From the NCBI GenBank assembly GCA_034189535.1, contig JAXHUQ010000001.1:67-64066 (forward strand): a stretch of DNA of 64,000 nucleotides. The letters are read 5' to 3'. A model generated the notes under the pieces. That model was given only the letters and a program-made list of their open reading frames with translations, was not told the DNA's origin and made no database searches. The translations under genes were made by a program, and so were the position numbers. Source of the DNA: Halobacteriota archaeon. Its GTDB lineage: Archaea > Halobacteriota > Syntropharchaeia > DAOWMC01. Shown here piece after piece: positions 18,428 to 29,167 of this stretch; the stretch's first letter is position 1; the number at the start of each line of letters is the position of its first letter.

Positions 18428-19609
18428 AGACTTCTGAGAAGACCCGGGATTAGGCAGTTCTATGGTGCCGTACTTACCGCCACCACCCGGACGTACTATC
18501 ACCTTGTCATCTCTGAACGCCTGTATTGATTCGGCTATCCTCTTATCAACAACCATATCATTTGTGGGGATATCCACAAGGACGGTAGCCTCATTCCCAT
18601 ACTCGCTCACAAGAGAATTCCAATTCTTCTTTACTGTCTCCGAATTAGGCTTTAGACCGAGTGCCATCGCGATTATCTCTGCAAGCGGTATGAGGTGAAG
18701 ATACGGCGGTCTTTCATCAGGATGCTGTGTCTTGCACCCCACTGCAAGTTCATCAACTCTGTCACGAACACCTCTCACAATCTTTCCGCCGCAAGAACAT
18801 TTAAAACCACATTCCAACGAGTCTTTCAAAGGTTGATGTTTATAACATTTACTACAAGCTGTCTCGTTGTATTTACCTTCTTGCGGGGGCATTCCAACGT
18901 TGAGAGTAAGCCTCCTTCCACCTTCATTTTTGATGGCTTTTTCGACCTCTTCAAAACTGAGATGGCCTAACTTCATACGATTCAGCTCTCTTGCAAGCCG
19001 AATTGGCCATGGAGAATGTGCATCGGAGTTTGATAAAAAAGCTTTGCTTCTAAGCTCACTTATTCTGTCGGCATAATCGGAATCCGCACTCAAACCTAGC
19101 TCAATAAAAGATATGTAATCTCTCAAGTCTTTATAGCATTCATTGAGGGAATCATGATGTGCATAAAGTGAGGTCCATGGTGTGAAGGCATGAGCAGGAC
19201 CTATCAGTGCTGAGACATCTCTTGCATACTCGGCAACCTCCTCCCCATCAAGATCAATCCTTGGTCTACCGTCCGTATCGATGTTATGTGAGTACCTTAA
19301 AAATAGCTCATAAAGCTCTTCTCCTTTAGATATTGAAGGAATTATGAGCAAGTGGTGAACTCTATTTATATCTTCAACTTCTGTGGTCAGAATGAATTTT
19401 ATATCGTCCTGGGTAAAGATTCCATCTGATTCTTCCAGACGCTTTATCTCAGATAGCCATTTTGGGTGAAGGCAGTCACCGGTTCCGAGAAGCTCGACAC
19501 CTTTCTTCCGTGATCCCTCTGCAAGTGTCTGCAAGTCCATTCTTGAAGAAGTGGCAGCAGAATACTTGGAATGAATATGCAGATCCGCGGCTACTTCAAT
19601 AATGTCCAC
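18413..19609 (-). CDS. PHP-domain TIGR00375/endonuclease Q family protein
   Basis: DLHIHSKYS, PAHAFTPW, ELGLSAD, SNSDAHS, zinc-ribbon Cys, GGGGKYG. Confidence 0.88.
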   Translation of the reverse strand: MDIIEVAADLHIHSKYSAATSSRMDLQTLAEGSRKKGVELLGTGDCLHPKWLSEIKRLEESDGIFTQDDIKFILTTEVEDINRVHHLLIIPSISKGEELYELFLRYSHNIDTDGRPRIDLDGEEVAEYARDVSALIGPAHAFTPWTSLYAHHDSLNECYKDLRDYISFIELGLSADSDYADRISELRSKAFLSNSDAHSPWPIRLARELNRMKLGHLSFEEVEKAIKNEGGRRLTLNVGMPPQEGKYNETACSKCYKHQPLKDSLECGFKCSCGGKIVRGVRDRVDELAVGCKTQHPDERPPYLHLIPLAEIIAMALGLKPNSETVKKNWNSLVSEYGNEATVLVDIPTNDMVVDKRIAESIQAFRDDKVIVRPGGGGKYGTIELPNPGSSQKSLFDF

Positions 19610-19620
19610 AAATAACCATC

Positions 19621-20385
19621 TTATCTTATATATCCGAGATCCTCTTTACCCATGAGATCTTTCGGTGCCTGCATCATCTCCATCTCACGTATCTTTGCGA
19701 CGATCTTCTCCATATCTTTTGCCCTTTCTTCAAGTGCTTGCATATCGATCTCGATATCAAGTGCCCTTGATATAACACTCAAAACCGCCTGAGCGCTCTT
19801 AGGATCAACAAGATATCCGGAAGTTACACCCATGAGGCAGGCGGCCTCAATGTTACGTCTCTTGGCCATTCCAAGGAGAAGGCCGGATACGCCTACTATT
19901 CCACCTCCAGGCTCGTCCTCTCTGAATTCGACCCCATAACTCTTGATCTCCTTAATGAGATTGATATCGTTAACAGCTCCTAGTACGACCTGATCGTCAA
20001 CCAGCTGCCCAATACCGTACCCTCCCAGTGTGTAGATTCGCTTGACTTTGTACTTCTCGGCTACCTCGAGGAATGCATCTGTGAGTATATAGTGTCCAAC
20101 ATTTGTGGCACTCTGATAATCACCAACAAGCAGAAGCAAATCTACATTTTTTGAGCTCCATGCATAGATCTCGTTCTTGACGAGTCGCACCGATCCGTCT
20201 GCCATGACTAGAACCTGAGGAGGGAAATGTGTAGAATAGACATCTACCACCTTAACAGCATCTAACTCTTCAATCATATGCTCTGCAACAAGCTTGCCGA
20301 CATGACCGACACCTGGAAGACCCTCAATCATTATCGGTTTCTTCAACGACAAATTATTTACCGTAACAACTTCAACGTCTTTCAT
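19621..20385 (-). CDS. Proteasome assembly chaperone (PAC2) family protein
   Basis: EGLPGVGHVGKL, TLGG, TSGYLVDP; conserved position after nop10. Confidence 0.88.
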   Translation of the reverse strand: MKDVEVVTVNNLSLKKPIMIEGLPGVGHVGKLVAEHMIEELDAVKVVDVYSTHFPPQVLVMADGSVRLVKNEIYAWSSKNVDLLLLVGDYQSATNVGHYILTDAFLEVAEKYKVKRIYTLGGYGIGQLVDDQVVLGAVNDINLIKEIKSYGVEFREDEPGGGIVGVSGLLLGMAKRRNIEAACLMGVTSGYLVDPKSAQAVLSVISRALDIEIDMQALEERAKDMEKIVAKIREMEMMQAPKDLMGKEDLGYIR

Positions 20386-20548
20386 AATGTATCAACTCCT
20401 TCTTCATCCTTCTTCTGTATTCCCCATACTTGTCTTCTATTGAGAACCGTGGTGGGCTTGGGTTACTCAAATATCCGCAACATTTCGGGCATACATCTTT
20501 AAGCGTGTAAAGGTTGCAGATGTCACATCTTTTAAGTCTGGATCTCAT
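20372..20548 (-). CDS. nop10: H/ACA RNP protein Nop10 (absent from ORF track)
   Basis: Hand translation MRSRLKRCDICNLYTLKDVCPKCCGYLSNPSPPRFSIEDKYGEYRRRMKKELIHYERR. Confidence 0.92.
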   Translation of the reverse strand: MRSRLKRCDICNLYTLKDVCPKCCGYLSNPSPPRFSIEDKYGEYRRRMKKELIHYERR

Positions 20549-21339
20549 CTTTTCTGAATATTGTGCCTGTGGAACTCCCCACTACCGCCATATTTTTTTA
20601 TGACTTTGACTGCAGATTCCCCTGCTGCACGAAGAGCGTTCTCGGCACTCTTGTAATCCGGCGCTATAACATGGATCCTATATGTTGGGGCGCCTACATA
20701 ACTTGCCTCAAGATTTATATCTTCATCTTTCTTTCTAATTGCGGCCTTCAATGCCTTTTTTATGCAGCCAATACCGTCCGCCTCAGGACATGTTAGGTCC
20801 ACATAACCAGTTATTTCGACCTGAGGCATCTTTATATTTTCTACCGCAACCTCATAGATCTTAATCGCAATCTCTTCTTCCATCCCGCTATCTATGAGCA
20901 CCTCATAACCGTTGATCGCGGCGTCTTCAAATGCAGGATAGACGCTACCATAGACCTCATACATCTGCTCATAAAGTTTATTTAGCTTCGTAGAGTCAAC
21001 TTTTGTTGAGGCTGTGACAAAACCCATCCATTTCTTGGCTTTCGCCTCATTCTTCCAATCCTGGATTTTATCTCTTCTTTGATGCTCATTTACATCTTTT
21101 AAGGATAGGTCGATGTGAGCTTTCACAGGATCGACATTGAATACCTTACAGACTATCTTCTGGCCCTCACGTATGTGATTTCTGATATATTTAACCCACC
21201 CGGATGCAACTTCGGAGATATGAATGAAACCTTCCTTATCCCCATACTCATCCAGTGAAACAAAGGCACCAAAGTCCAAAACTTTCTTGACAGAGCAGAC
21301 AACCAGCTCCCCCACTTCAGGCCATCTCTTATCCTGCAT
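20545..21339 (-). CDS. eif2a: Translation initiation factor aIF-2 alpha
   Basis: WPEVGELV, S1 domain EGFIHISEVASGWVKYIR, HIDLSLK. Confidence 0.95.
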   Translation of the reverse strand: MQDKRWPEVGELVVCSVKKVLDFGAFVSLDEYGDKEGFIHISEVASGWVKYIRNHIREGQKIVCKVFNVDPVKAHIDLSLKDVNEHQRRDKIQDWKNEAKAKKWMGFVTASTKVDSTKLNKLYEQMYEVYGSVYPAFEDAAINGYEVLIDSGMEEEIAIKIYEVAVENIKMPQVEITGYVDLTCPEADGIGCIKKALKAAIRKKDEDINLEASYVGAPTYRIHVIAPDYKSAENALRAAGESAVKVIKKYGGSGEFHRHNIQKR

Positions 21340-21347
21340 CCTTCACT

Positions 21348-21542
21348 CTACCCCATTACATCAAGTATCTGGGTTTTAATATTTGTCTTACCGCCAGTTG
21401 GTTCCGCAAGTGTACGTCCGCAAACAAGACACTCGATGAGCGTACTGGCATTACCGAATATAACCTGCTCGTTACCACAGTCGTTACACTTCACTTTAAG
21501 AAATTTACTTCTCGGAACCATCCCTTCGCTTGAACCTGTCAT
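21348..21542 (-). CDS. rps27e: 30S ribosomal protein S27e
   Basis: [28 protein letters not shown]. Confidence 0.95.
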   Translation of the reverse strand: MTGSSEGMVPRSKFLKVKCNDCGNEQVIFGNASTLIECLVCGRTLAEPTGGKTNIKTQILDVMG

Positions 21543-21543
21543 C

Positions 21544-21822
21544 TTAATCCACCAACTCAAACTTGGATACTCTAAAACCTTTTCTCAGATGTGCCTTTTT
21601 ACATTCACCACATCTGTATACAACGTTCACCTTCTTTGTGGGTTTATCCCCACCGGGAACTTTCGAGAACTTTCCCGAGTTTCCTATACCTGTCTGCCTA
21701 TGTTTCTGTCTTGTTATACGGGTCATCGATGATGCTCTTCCTTTCTTCACCTTTTCAACACTGTGAACCGTATGCTTTTTGCAGAAAGGGCAATGTGTCC
21801 GAATATTCTTTGGCATCTTCAT
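21544..21822 (-). CDS. rpl44e: 50S ribosomal protein L44e
   Basis: [23 protein letters not shown]. Confidence 0.95.
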   Translation of the reverse strand: MKMPKNIRTHCPFCKKHTVHSVEKVKKGRASSMTRITRQKHRQTGIGNSGKFSKVPGGDKPTKKVNVVYRCGECKKAHLRKGFRVSKFELVD

Positions 21823-21893
21823 TTACTTCAACCTTCATTAAAAATCAAAAAATAAAAGAGATGCAGATAAAAAACCTGCATCTTGAAAGATTC

Positions 21894-22406
21894 TTATGGA
21901 AGAATTACAGATGCGGTACCTACAATTACCGTCTTCTGTATTCTGTACTTATTATCTCCTTCTGTGATGTACTCGTCGCCTTCCTTGAAGTAACCTTTCT
22001 CTTCCTTCTCAGGAGTAACAAGGGTCTTTGACTCTTGCCATACATCAAGGTCCACAATCTTCTTCCCGTCTTCTTCGTACTTCTTTGTTATTTTTCCTTT
22101 ACTGATCAACATGTCATCCGGTCGCCCCATACTTCTCATCTGGACATCGATCATCTTGACCATTCCATCCGGTCCTGCCCAGTCTGCAAGCATATGGTTT
22201 ACATGAGCCATGTTAAAAAGACCATGAGATATTACATCTCCGAGGCCTGCCTTCTCTGCTACCGCAGGGGTTGTATGAATCGGGTTCACATCTCCGGAGG
22301 CTTTGGCATACTTTTTCAGTTGATCCCTTGTGGTAGGACCTTTCTCAAGACTTATCTCATCACCAACATTTATCGCATCAAAATTGCCTATTTCCATCAA
22401 AGTCAC
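21894..22406 (-). CDS. MaoC-like (R)-specific enoyl-CoA hydratase/dehydratase, catalytic subunit
   Basis: YAKASGDVNPIH...ISHG hydratase-2 motif. Confidence 0.85.
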   Translation of the reverse strand: MTLMEIGNFDAINVGDEISLEKGPTTRDQLKKYAKASGDVNPIHTTPAVAEKAGLGDVISHGLFNMAHVNHMLADWAGPDGMVKMIDVQMRSMGRPDDMLISKGKITKKYEEDGKKIVDLDVWQESKTLVTPEKEEKGYFKEGDEYITEGDNKYRIQKTVIVGTASVILP

Positions 22407-22410
22407 CTCC

Positions 22411-22872
22411 TTAGAAACCGCCTGGTCTTATTCCTGCTGTAAACTCTGCAACCGTGGCCTTCTCTCCATCCTGGTTCACGAACGTGGACCTGAGAATGAT
22501 CCAAAGCATCTTGTTCTTCTCATAGACATCAACTATCTCGGAATCTGACTGAAGAACATCTCCCGGTCTGACAGGTGCATAGTATTCGTACTTCTGTCCG
22601 GTGTGTAGTAACTTGCTGAAGTTCTTAATAAGTCCTTGAACTGTTGCAAGACTTGTAAGCCCGGATATTGCATAGGCAGCTGCAAACTCTGGTGGGGCTA
22701 CAGGGCCACCCTCTACATTCTCATCCACATATCTCGGATCCATGTGATTTACAGCTTCACAGTATGCTGTAATCTTCTTCTGCATAACCTTGTACCGTCC
22801 ACCTTTCACATGCATCCCAATAAATTCCTTATACTTCTCTCTCGATTTTTCAACTTCCTCGTCCTCTCCCAT
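22411..22872 (-). CDS. MaoC/FAS1-type dehydratase N-terminal-like hot-dog protein
   Basis: YCEAV..DPRY..VAPPEF, LLHTGQKYEYYAPVRPGD. Confidence 0.8.
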   Translation of the reverse strand: MGEDEEVEKSREKYKEFIGMHVKGGRYKVMQKKITAYCEAVNHMDPRYVDENVEGGPVAPPEFAAAYAISGLTSLATVQGLIKNFSKLLHTGQKYEYYAPVRPGDVLQSDSEIVDVYEKNKMLWIILRSTFVNQDGEKATVAEFTAGIRPGGF

Positions 22873-22948
22873 ATAAAGTCAACTCCTTACAGTATCTGTG
22901 TATAATACAAAGTTCTACATTAAAACCATTTCGGATATGACTCACCCG

Positions 22949-23656
22949 TCATCTATCCCGATTAATCTTCCACTCGGTTCTGGATAAAATTCCACGGAGT
23001 GTGTTTACTTCTCTTCCTGTAAGTTCAGCCCTACCCAGTATCCTCCTAATCATGAGCAGAGTCTTATTTTTTTTATGCCGAGGGTAGTTGATCTCACTAA
23101 GCAGATGTTCACAGTGGTCATACAAGCGTTCTATATTCTCTTTCTTAACGAGAGGTATACTACCACTGCCGGCAACTATATCACTCAATTCATAAAGGAT
23201 AACAGAGACAGCATGTGAAAGGTTCATCACAGGGTAATTAGAGTCGGTGGGTATGTAAACCACCATGTCACACCTCTTGATCAGATCGTTGACAAGGCCA
23301 ATATCCTCCCTACCAAATAGTATGGCTACTCTTCCCTCTCTTTCATTCAACTTATCTTTTAACTCTTTTGGGGAAAAATAGGGCAATCGCATATGTTCGC
23401 CTGTGTTTGTTCCGATCTTGGATGTTGTTCCAATCACAAGGGCGGAATCACAGACCGCTTCTCTTATGGTGTTTACCCTTCTTGCACCTTCCAGGACATC
23501 AACGGCATGCGACGCCATAGCATACGCTTCACTCTCCAGCTCGCATGGGCTAACAAGGACAAGGTCCTGAAAGCCGAAGTTCTTCATCGCTCTTGCAACC
23601 GAACCAATATTTCCACAGTATATCGGCTCTACGAGAACGACCCTGAGATCGATCAT
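22949..23656 (-). CDS. trmJ: TrmJ/LasT-family SPOUT RNA methyltransferase
   Basis: [31 protein letters not shown]. Confidence 0.88.
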   Translation of the reverse strand: MIDLRVVLVEPIYCGNIGSVARAMKNFGFQDLVLVSPCELESEAYAMASHAVDVLEGARRVNTIREAVCDSALVIGTTSKIGTNTGEHMRLPYFSPKELKDKLNEREGRVAILFGREDIGLVNDLIKRCDMVVYIPTDSNYPVMNLSHAVSVILYELSDIVAGSGSIPLVKKENIERLYDHCEHLLSEINYPRHKKNKTLLMIRRILGRAELTGREVNTLRGILSRTEWKINRDR

Positions 23657-24615
23657 AAAACAATTTCTAGGCCAAGCTCCTCTGCCAGTTCCTTATACCT
23701 GTTTCGTATAGTTACTTCAGTAACTCCGGCTACGTCAGCAACCTCTCTTTGGGTCCTATGTTCACCGTACAGTATCGACGCAATGTAAATGGCTGCTGCA
23801 GCCACACCTGTCGGACCTCTACCACTCGTGAGTTCCTTCTCAGATGCCTGTCTAAGAATTTCGACAGCCTTCCCCTGAACCTCTCCCCCAAGTTCCAGTC
23901 CTGAACAGAACCTGGGCACGTAATCGATTGGTGAGGTTGGCATAAGCTTCAGTTTCATCTCCCTACTCATGAACCTGAATGTTCTTCCTATCTCCTTTCT
24001 ACTTACCCTTGAGACTCCGGCTATCTCATCAAGCGTCCTTGGTACGTTACACTGACGACACGATGCATAAAGTGCGCCAGCTGCCACACCCTCGATGCTC
24101 CTGCCTCTGATCAGGTTCTTGTTCACAGCCGTTCTATACACAACAGCTGCGTTCTCCCTCACATTCCTTGAGAGTCCAAGTGCTGATGACATCCTATCAA
24201 GCTCTGATAATGCAAAAGCAAGATTCCTCTCGGTTGCATTATTGACACGGATACGGCGCTGCCATTTTCTCAATCTATACAGCTGTGCCCTGTTCTCCGA
24301 TGATATCAACTTCCCATAAGAATCTCTATTTCTCCAATCGATCATGGTGCTTAGACCTTTGTCATGAATTGTGTAAGTCATAGGGGCTCCTACCCTTGAC
24401 CTCTTCATCCTCTGATCATGATCAAAAGCCCGCCACTCCGGGCCCATATCGATTAAATCCTCGTCTATGACGAGCCCACACCCGTCGCAGACGAGTTCTG
24501 CCCTCTCGTAGTCGTGGATGAGGTTCCGACTACCACATTCAGGACATTCAACTGTTCGCTCTTCATACCCACCTGTTTTCTCTTTAGTGGGTGCTTTCTT
24601 TTCAACTTGTTCCAC
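23653..24615 (-). CDS. tfb: Transcription initiation factor IIB
   Basis: CPECGS zinc ribbon, GPEWRAF, two cyclin repeats. Confidence 0.97.
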   Translation of the reverse strand: MEQVEKKAPTKEKTGGYEERTVECPECGSRNLIHDYERAELVCDGCGLVIDEDLIDMGPEWRAFDHDQRMKRSRVGAPMTYTIHDKGLSTMIDWRNRDSYGKLISSENRAQLYRLRKWQRRIRVNNATERNLAFALSELDRMSSALGLSRNVRENAAVVYRTAVNKNLIRGRSIEGVAAGALYASCRQCNVPRTLDEIAGVSRVSRKEIGRTFRFMSREMKLKLMPTSPIDYVPRFCSGLELGGEVQGKAVEILRQASEKELTSGRGPTGVAAAAIYIASILYGEHRTQREVADVAGVTEVTIRNRYKELAEELGLEIVL

Positions 24616-24630
24616 TTACGACCACCTTAT

Positions 24631-24909
24631 TTACGAAAGATAGACCCATTCATCCCGCAATTTTTGAATTTCACGCTCAGATAAGCCCGTAATCGGTTTG
24701 ATTGAGATATAAGGTTGCTTAACCGGGCCGAAGAGGTCATAAACACTACCGATCTCTTCCATCCTCTTTGTAACTACAGTAGATCCAATACTTACAGCTC
24801 GTATCGGATCCCCTCTATAATCTTCCTGTAATTTTCCCCTCAAGAGAATCTTGCCTTGGCCTGTTATATGAACGACTCTACCCAGCTTCTTCACTCTACT
24901 TAACCTCAA
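24631..24909 (-). CDS. gar1: H/ACA RNP protein Gar1/Naf1
   Basis: IGSVYDLFGPVKQPYISIK; conserved position upstream of tfb. Confidence 0.85.
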   Translation of the reverse strand: MRLSRVKKLGRVVHITGQGKILLRGKLQEDYRGDPIRAVSIGSTVVTKRMEEIGSVYDLFGPVKQPYISIKPITGLSEREIQKLRDEWVYLS

Positions 24910-25052
24910 GATTAATATAACGTCAAGGTTATACTATATAAAACTAACGCAAGCTTTATAAAGAGTTATGGCCATAGATATAAGACCGTCTATTTTATAC
25001 CAAAAGATAAGATGATAGAAAAAAACAGCAAGAAGCGGAGATAAATGACTGC

Positions 25053-26513
25053 TCAATAAAGTCTATTGATCCCTTGAATGAGCGCTTCGATCGATGCCAT
25101 AATTATGTCTATGTGTGCACCTCTAGCCGATATCACTTTGTCCCCCTTGCTCAGTCTCACGGAAACTTCAACGAGGGCGTCAGTACCTCCTTTTATGGCA
25201 TCGACATGATATTCTTCCAATTGGACCTCGGTGATATTTCGTGTCGCCTTCCTCAAAGCATTTATCGCCGCGTCAACAGGTCCCACCCCAGTTCCTGCCT
25301 CAATGACATCTCTCCCATCGATGTTAAGTTTGATCGAAGCCGTCGGCATAATCATCTTACCGGATACAACAGTAAGGTCGGATAGTTTGATCTTCGGCTC
25401 GTTTATCACTTCCAGAACTGTCTCTGCGATAGTTTGTAAGTCGGTATCAGTAATTCTGGTACCTTTGTCACCCATATCTTTAACACGATCTAAAATCAAA
25501 CCCATCTGCTCATCAGTTGCTTCAAGATTCATCTCCTTTAATGCCATCTTCACCGATGCCCCTCCGGTGTGTTTGCCGAAGATGAATCTTCTACGACGTC
25601 CAACCGTTTCAGGAGGCATTGGTTCGTATGTCGCCGTATCAGAACTGAGGCCATGTATGTGGATCCCCGACTCATGAGTAAATGCATTGTCGCCGACTAT
25701 CGATTTATTGGGGGCCACATCCATCTTTGTTAGCCTACTAACCAGTTTTGAGATATGGTAAAGATCCTCCTTGACTATCCCGGTATCAACATTGTAGAGG
25801 CTTTCGAGGATCATGACAACCTCTTCAAGACAAGTATTACCCGATCTCTCTCCGATACCATTCACGGTTACATGGACCTGAGAAGCGCCCGCATTGATGG
25901 CGGCAATGGAGTTTGCCGTAGCCAGTCCGAAATCATCATGGCAGTGCACGCTTGCGGGTACACCCAATTTGGAGAGCACACCAAATACCTCTGTTGCTCT
26001 TTCAGGTGTAAGAACGCCAACCGTATCACAGAAGCATATCCTCTCGGTACCTGCCTCGATTCCTTCGGAGTATAACTCAATCAAGAAGTTCAGATCAGCC
26101 CTGGAAGCATCTTCCCCGCTAAGTTCTACGATCAGTCCGTGATCTCTTGCGTACTCTAGGCCCTCAATAGCACCTCTTTTTACAGTCTCCCTATCTTTTT
26201 TTAGCTTCTTCTCAATGTGTAAGTCTGATGATGGAACTACGAGGTGAATGGAGTCTACATCGCAGTCGAGTGCAAGATCAATATCTTTGATCAAAGAGCG
26301 AGTGTATACGCAAATCTCTGCATCAAGCCCTTCACCAGATATAAGTTTTATACCTTCCCTCTCACCTTCGGATGTTGCAGGTGATCCGGCCTCGATTACT
26401 TTCACTCCAATTGCGTCAAGCTGCCTTGCGATCTGAAGTTTCTCTTCCGATGTCAACGAAACACCCGGTGACTGCTCACCATCCCTCAGTGTTGTGTCAA
26501 AAAAATTAACCAA
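25053..26513 (-). CDS. cimA: (R)-citramalate synthase / isopropylmalate synthase family
   Basis: DTTLRDGEQ, HCHDDFG, GIGER, C-terminal LeuA-type regulatory domain; cimA versus leuA inferred. Confidence 0.8.
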   Translation of the reverse strand: MVNFFDTTLRDGEQSPGVSLTSEEKLQIARQLDAIGVKVIEAGSPATSEGEREGIKLISGEGLDAEICVYTRSLIKDIDLALDCDVDSIHLVVPSSDLHIEKKLKKDRETVKRGAIEGLEYARDHGLIVELSGEDASRADLNFLIELYSEGIEAGTERICFCDTVGVLTPERATEVFGVLSKLGVPASVHCHDDFGLATANSIAAINAGASQVHVTVNGIGERSGNTCLEEVVMILESLYNVDTGIVKEDLYHISKLVSRLTKMDVAPNKSIVGDNAFTHESGIHIHGLSSDTATYEPMPPETVGRRRRFIFGKHTGGASVKMALKEMNLEATDEQMGLILDRVKDMGDKGTRITDTDLQTIAETVLEVINEPKIKLSDLTVVSGKMIMPTASIKLNIDGRDVIEAGTGVGPVDAAINALRKATRNITEVQLEEYHVDAIKGGTDALVEVSVRLSKGDKVISARGAHIDIIMASIEALIQGINRLY

Positions 26514-26674
26514 AAGACCATACCTCGCGTTAGATAAACTCCATTTAACTAGGTGTAGTAATTTAAATATTTTGTGATTTAAAGAAGAGATAAATGCAGT
26601 ATTACTAATCGGCAAAATTAGTAAGAAGTAATAGGGTTTGTTGCCAATTCCTGATATGTCGATGGAGGGTAATT

Positions 26675-27109
26675 ATGTGCGATCTCACCGAATGTATAAT
26701 GGATATAGTAAAGGAATTTGAGGGGGACTCCCGGCTTAAAGAGGAATTCACACAAAAAATTGAGAAGTCTTCTAAGTATACAATCGGAACGACAAACCTA
26801 TACCCAGGGGAAGGGGAAGAGGTAGGTCTTTTTAATGATCTCGTCTCCCGTCTCGAGGATTACCTGAAGGATCGTCTCAATGAGTCAGGAGAAGTACAGA
26901 TACTTGAGATATCCTCCGGAGAAAATATAGACATAGGGATCAAACAGGCCGAGGTTCTTTGTGGCAGGCTCTTTGAGATATACTGCTACAAATGCTTTTC
27001 AATCACATTTCTTCGGGTGTGGTTGGAAGAAGGGATCTTCATTAAGAAGAGGTGGATAAGCGTGGACGTGGATGAACTCACAGGCACACCTTGGTTCAAT
27101 GAGGGATAA
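26675..27109 (+). CDS. Hypothetical protein
   Basis: 144 aa ORF after GGAGGG RBS; single CxxC; no family recognised. Confidence 0.6.
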   Translation: MCDLTECIMDIVKEFEGDSRLKEEFTQKIEKSSKYTIGTTNLYPGEGEEVGLFNDLVSRLEDYLKDRLNESGEVQILEISSGENIDIGIKQAEVLCGRLFEIYCYKCFSITFLRVWLEEGIFIKKRWISVDVDELTGTPWFNEG

Positions 27110-27119
27110 TAAAAGTTTT

Positions 27120-28019
27120 TTACCTTGAAGAGATGCAACGCTCAATACTGTCCCTTATTCCTGCATTTTTGGTAACTTGTGTGTAGACTGAGAGGTATCT
27201 GTTACTCTTCAAGTTTGCATCAAAACAGTTGAGGATTTTGCCTATTGCCATCTCATACCTCTCTTTGATCTCCCCTTCAAATTTTATGTGATTGTACTGC
27301 ACAAAACCGTCAAGATATACACTACAATCCCCAATGAGAACTGATATCTCGTCATTCATATCCTCTTCACTTCTGAAGACGTCTGATTTCTCGAAATCAA
27401 TGATGAACCACCTCCCTTCGCTATAAAGCAAGTGTTCTCCCTTCAGATCGTTATGCTTTACGCCTGATTCCCAAAGTGATGATAGTAGGTTGTTCAGGTT
27501 CTTCAACTTGAAACTCTCTTGTTCGCCGATGCAATACTTCCTCAGGGACTCTTCGATTCTTATGTGGTTGTCGATGAAACTCATCCAGAATATCCCTTTG
27601 ACATCGGAGAACTCTTCTTCCAGCTCCTCATCATACATATAATCGAAAGGTTTCGGTACATTCATAAACTTGTATAGGTCGGTAAGGACCGAAAACTCTT
27701 TTTCACCAAGTTTTCTGTCCATTATCTTCGCGATTATAAAATTACTCCCGTTTGGGATCTCATAAGTTATCCTGTACAGTTTGTGAGTTGCCCAAACTCC
27801 AAAGACCGGTGGATAGTATCCTTCAACAAGAATTGCCTTCTTCTCACCTTCATCAGGACGAATATTTGTTGAGTTGTTCAAGAGGTGATCCAGTTCCGTG
27901 AAGTTCAACAAGTTTATTGGAAGCGAAGCTTGCGGAAGCAACCTCTTCTGTTCGGGTGTCGGAAGGGTCTTGAAGTCATCTGATATTCCCAAATGCGAAT
28001 TTATCGCCACCCATGGCAT
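27120..28019 (-). CDS. Atypical protein-kinase-like/phosphotransferase protein
   Basis: IIAK, VPKP, HNDLKGEH catalytic loop, IIDFE. Confidence 0.65.
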   Translation of the reverse strand: MPWVAINSHLGISDDFKTLPTPEQKRLLPQASLPINLLNFTELDHLLNNSTNIRPDEGEKKAILVEGYYPPVFGVWATHKLYRITYEIPNGSNFIIAKIMDRKLGEKEFSVLTDLYKFMNVPKPFDYMYDEELEEEFSDVKGIFWMSFIDNHIRIEESLRKYCIGEQESFKLKNLNNLLSSLWESGVKHNDLKGEHLLYSEGRWFIIDFEKSDVFRSEEDMNDEISVLIGDCSVYLDGFVQYNHIKFEGEIKERYEMAIGKILNCFDANLKSNRYLSVYTQVTKNAGIRDSIERCISSR

Positions 28020-28088
28020 GACAGCTCACTCGATTGAAGACTCTACAACTCTTCTGATAAATAGATTGGTATAATGGAACCAAAGTTT

Positions 28089-28940
28089 TTAAATTCTGAG
28101 ACCGTCCAGGAGTGCAAGAAAGATTGCGGAAACGATGATGTCTGCCGTTGATCCGGGATTTATCCCTTCTTCTATCAGGCGATCATCAAACTCTCTTATT
28201 ACTTCCATATCAGGATCTTCCAACAGGGTTGAAGCCTCACGAGATACCGAAGCTGCCTTCTCTTCTCCAGCTTTGATTGCAATTAATGTGTCGGGTTCGG
28301 AAGCGAGGGCTTCAAGGAATGTTAGTACAATGGCATCATTGATCTTCATCTTCTCTGCCTTCTCCTTCAAGACGGATGCGTATTTGAATGACCTCTCAAA
28401 CCCCACTGTAAGTTCCCTTGCTATCTGATCATACGATGAGGATATCTCCATGAGATCAAAAAAAGTAACATCATCGCGCTTTATTTTTTCATGAATGCTT
28501 GGGTCATTCAGGTCAAGATCGTCCACCTCACCTACCTTCACTTCAGTAGTCTTAAAAGCCTCACAAAGGTAGATGGCATCTTTGTATGTCGTCTCCTTTA
28601 TGATCCTTACAGCCTCTATTCTCACATCATTTATCGTCTCACTGAAACCTGCTGCCATCAAGAGTGGCAAAAGTAAGAGAAAGGAACCGAAGTGAGTATT
28701 CCCCCCACTCTGCCATTTGCCACTCTCAATCGTAGCACTTTTTAGGAGTTTTCCAAGACCGCATCTCTTCTCTGTCGCCTTCAGTAGCACCGGATATACA
28801 GCTACTGCTGATGCAAGAAAATGTTCATACTTCGTATCGTCGTAGTCGTGATCCCTGTCAATATTCCCTGGTTTTGGTGTTGCTGAGACCTCAAGTAACA
28901 TGGCAAGCTCTGCGCACCTTGCTGCAAATTCTCGTTGCAT
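28089..28940 (-). CDS. citG: CitG-family triphosphoribosyl-dephospho-CoA synthase
   Basis: LEVSATPKPGN, NTHFG, NPGSTAD. Confidence 0.85.
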   Translation of the reverse strand: MQREFAARCAELAMLLEVSATPKPGNIDRDHDYDDTKYEHFLASAVAVYPVLLKATEKRCGLGKLLKSATIESGKWQSGGNTHFGSFLLLLPLLMAAGFSETINDVRIEAVRIIKETTYKDAIYLCEAFKTTEVKVGEVDDLDLNDPSIHEKIKRDDVTFFDLMEISSSYDQIARELTVGFERSFKYASVLKEKAEKMKINDAIVLTFLEALASEPDTLIAIKAGEEKAASVSREASTLLEDPDMEVIREFDDRLIEEGINPGSTADIIVSAIFLALLDGLRI

Positions 28941-29014
28941 AATCTTTCTAAGGGTAATCTGGCCAAATAGCAAAAAGGTTATCTTTGAAGGTATAGACAT
29001 TATCAACCAAGGCA

Positions 29015-29167
29015 ATGACGTCGTTACTTCAGAAGCTAAGAGAAGAGGAGGATCAGAGGGCAAGACTCTTCCTTTTAGCATGGATCGCCTCCATATGCGG
29101 GACTGCATCGATTGTGATAGGCGGTATAGTCCTTATATACATCGCCCTTAAGAACTACGTGTCCTGA
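29015..29167 (+). CDS. 50-aa single-pass membrane protein (absent from ORF track)
   Basis: MTSLLQKLREEEDQRARLFLLAWIASICGTASIVIGGIVLIYIALKNYVS; divergent from citG. Confidence 0.55.
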   Translation: MTSLLQKLREEEDQRARLFLLAWIASICGTASIVIGGIVLIYIALKNYVS

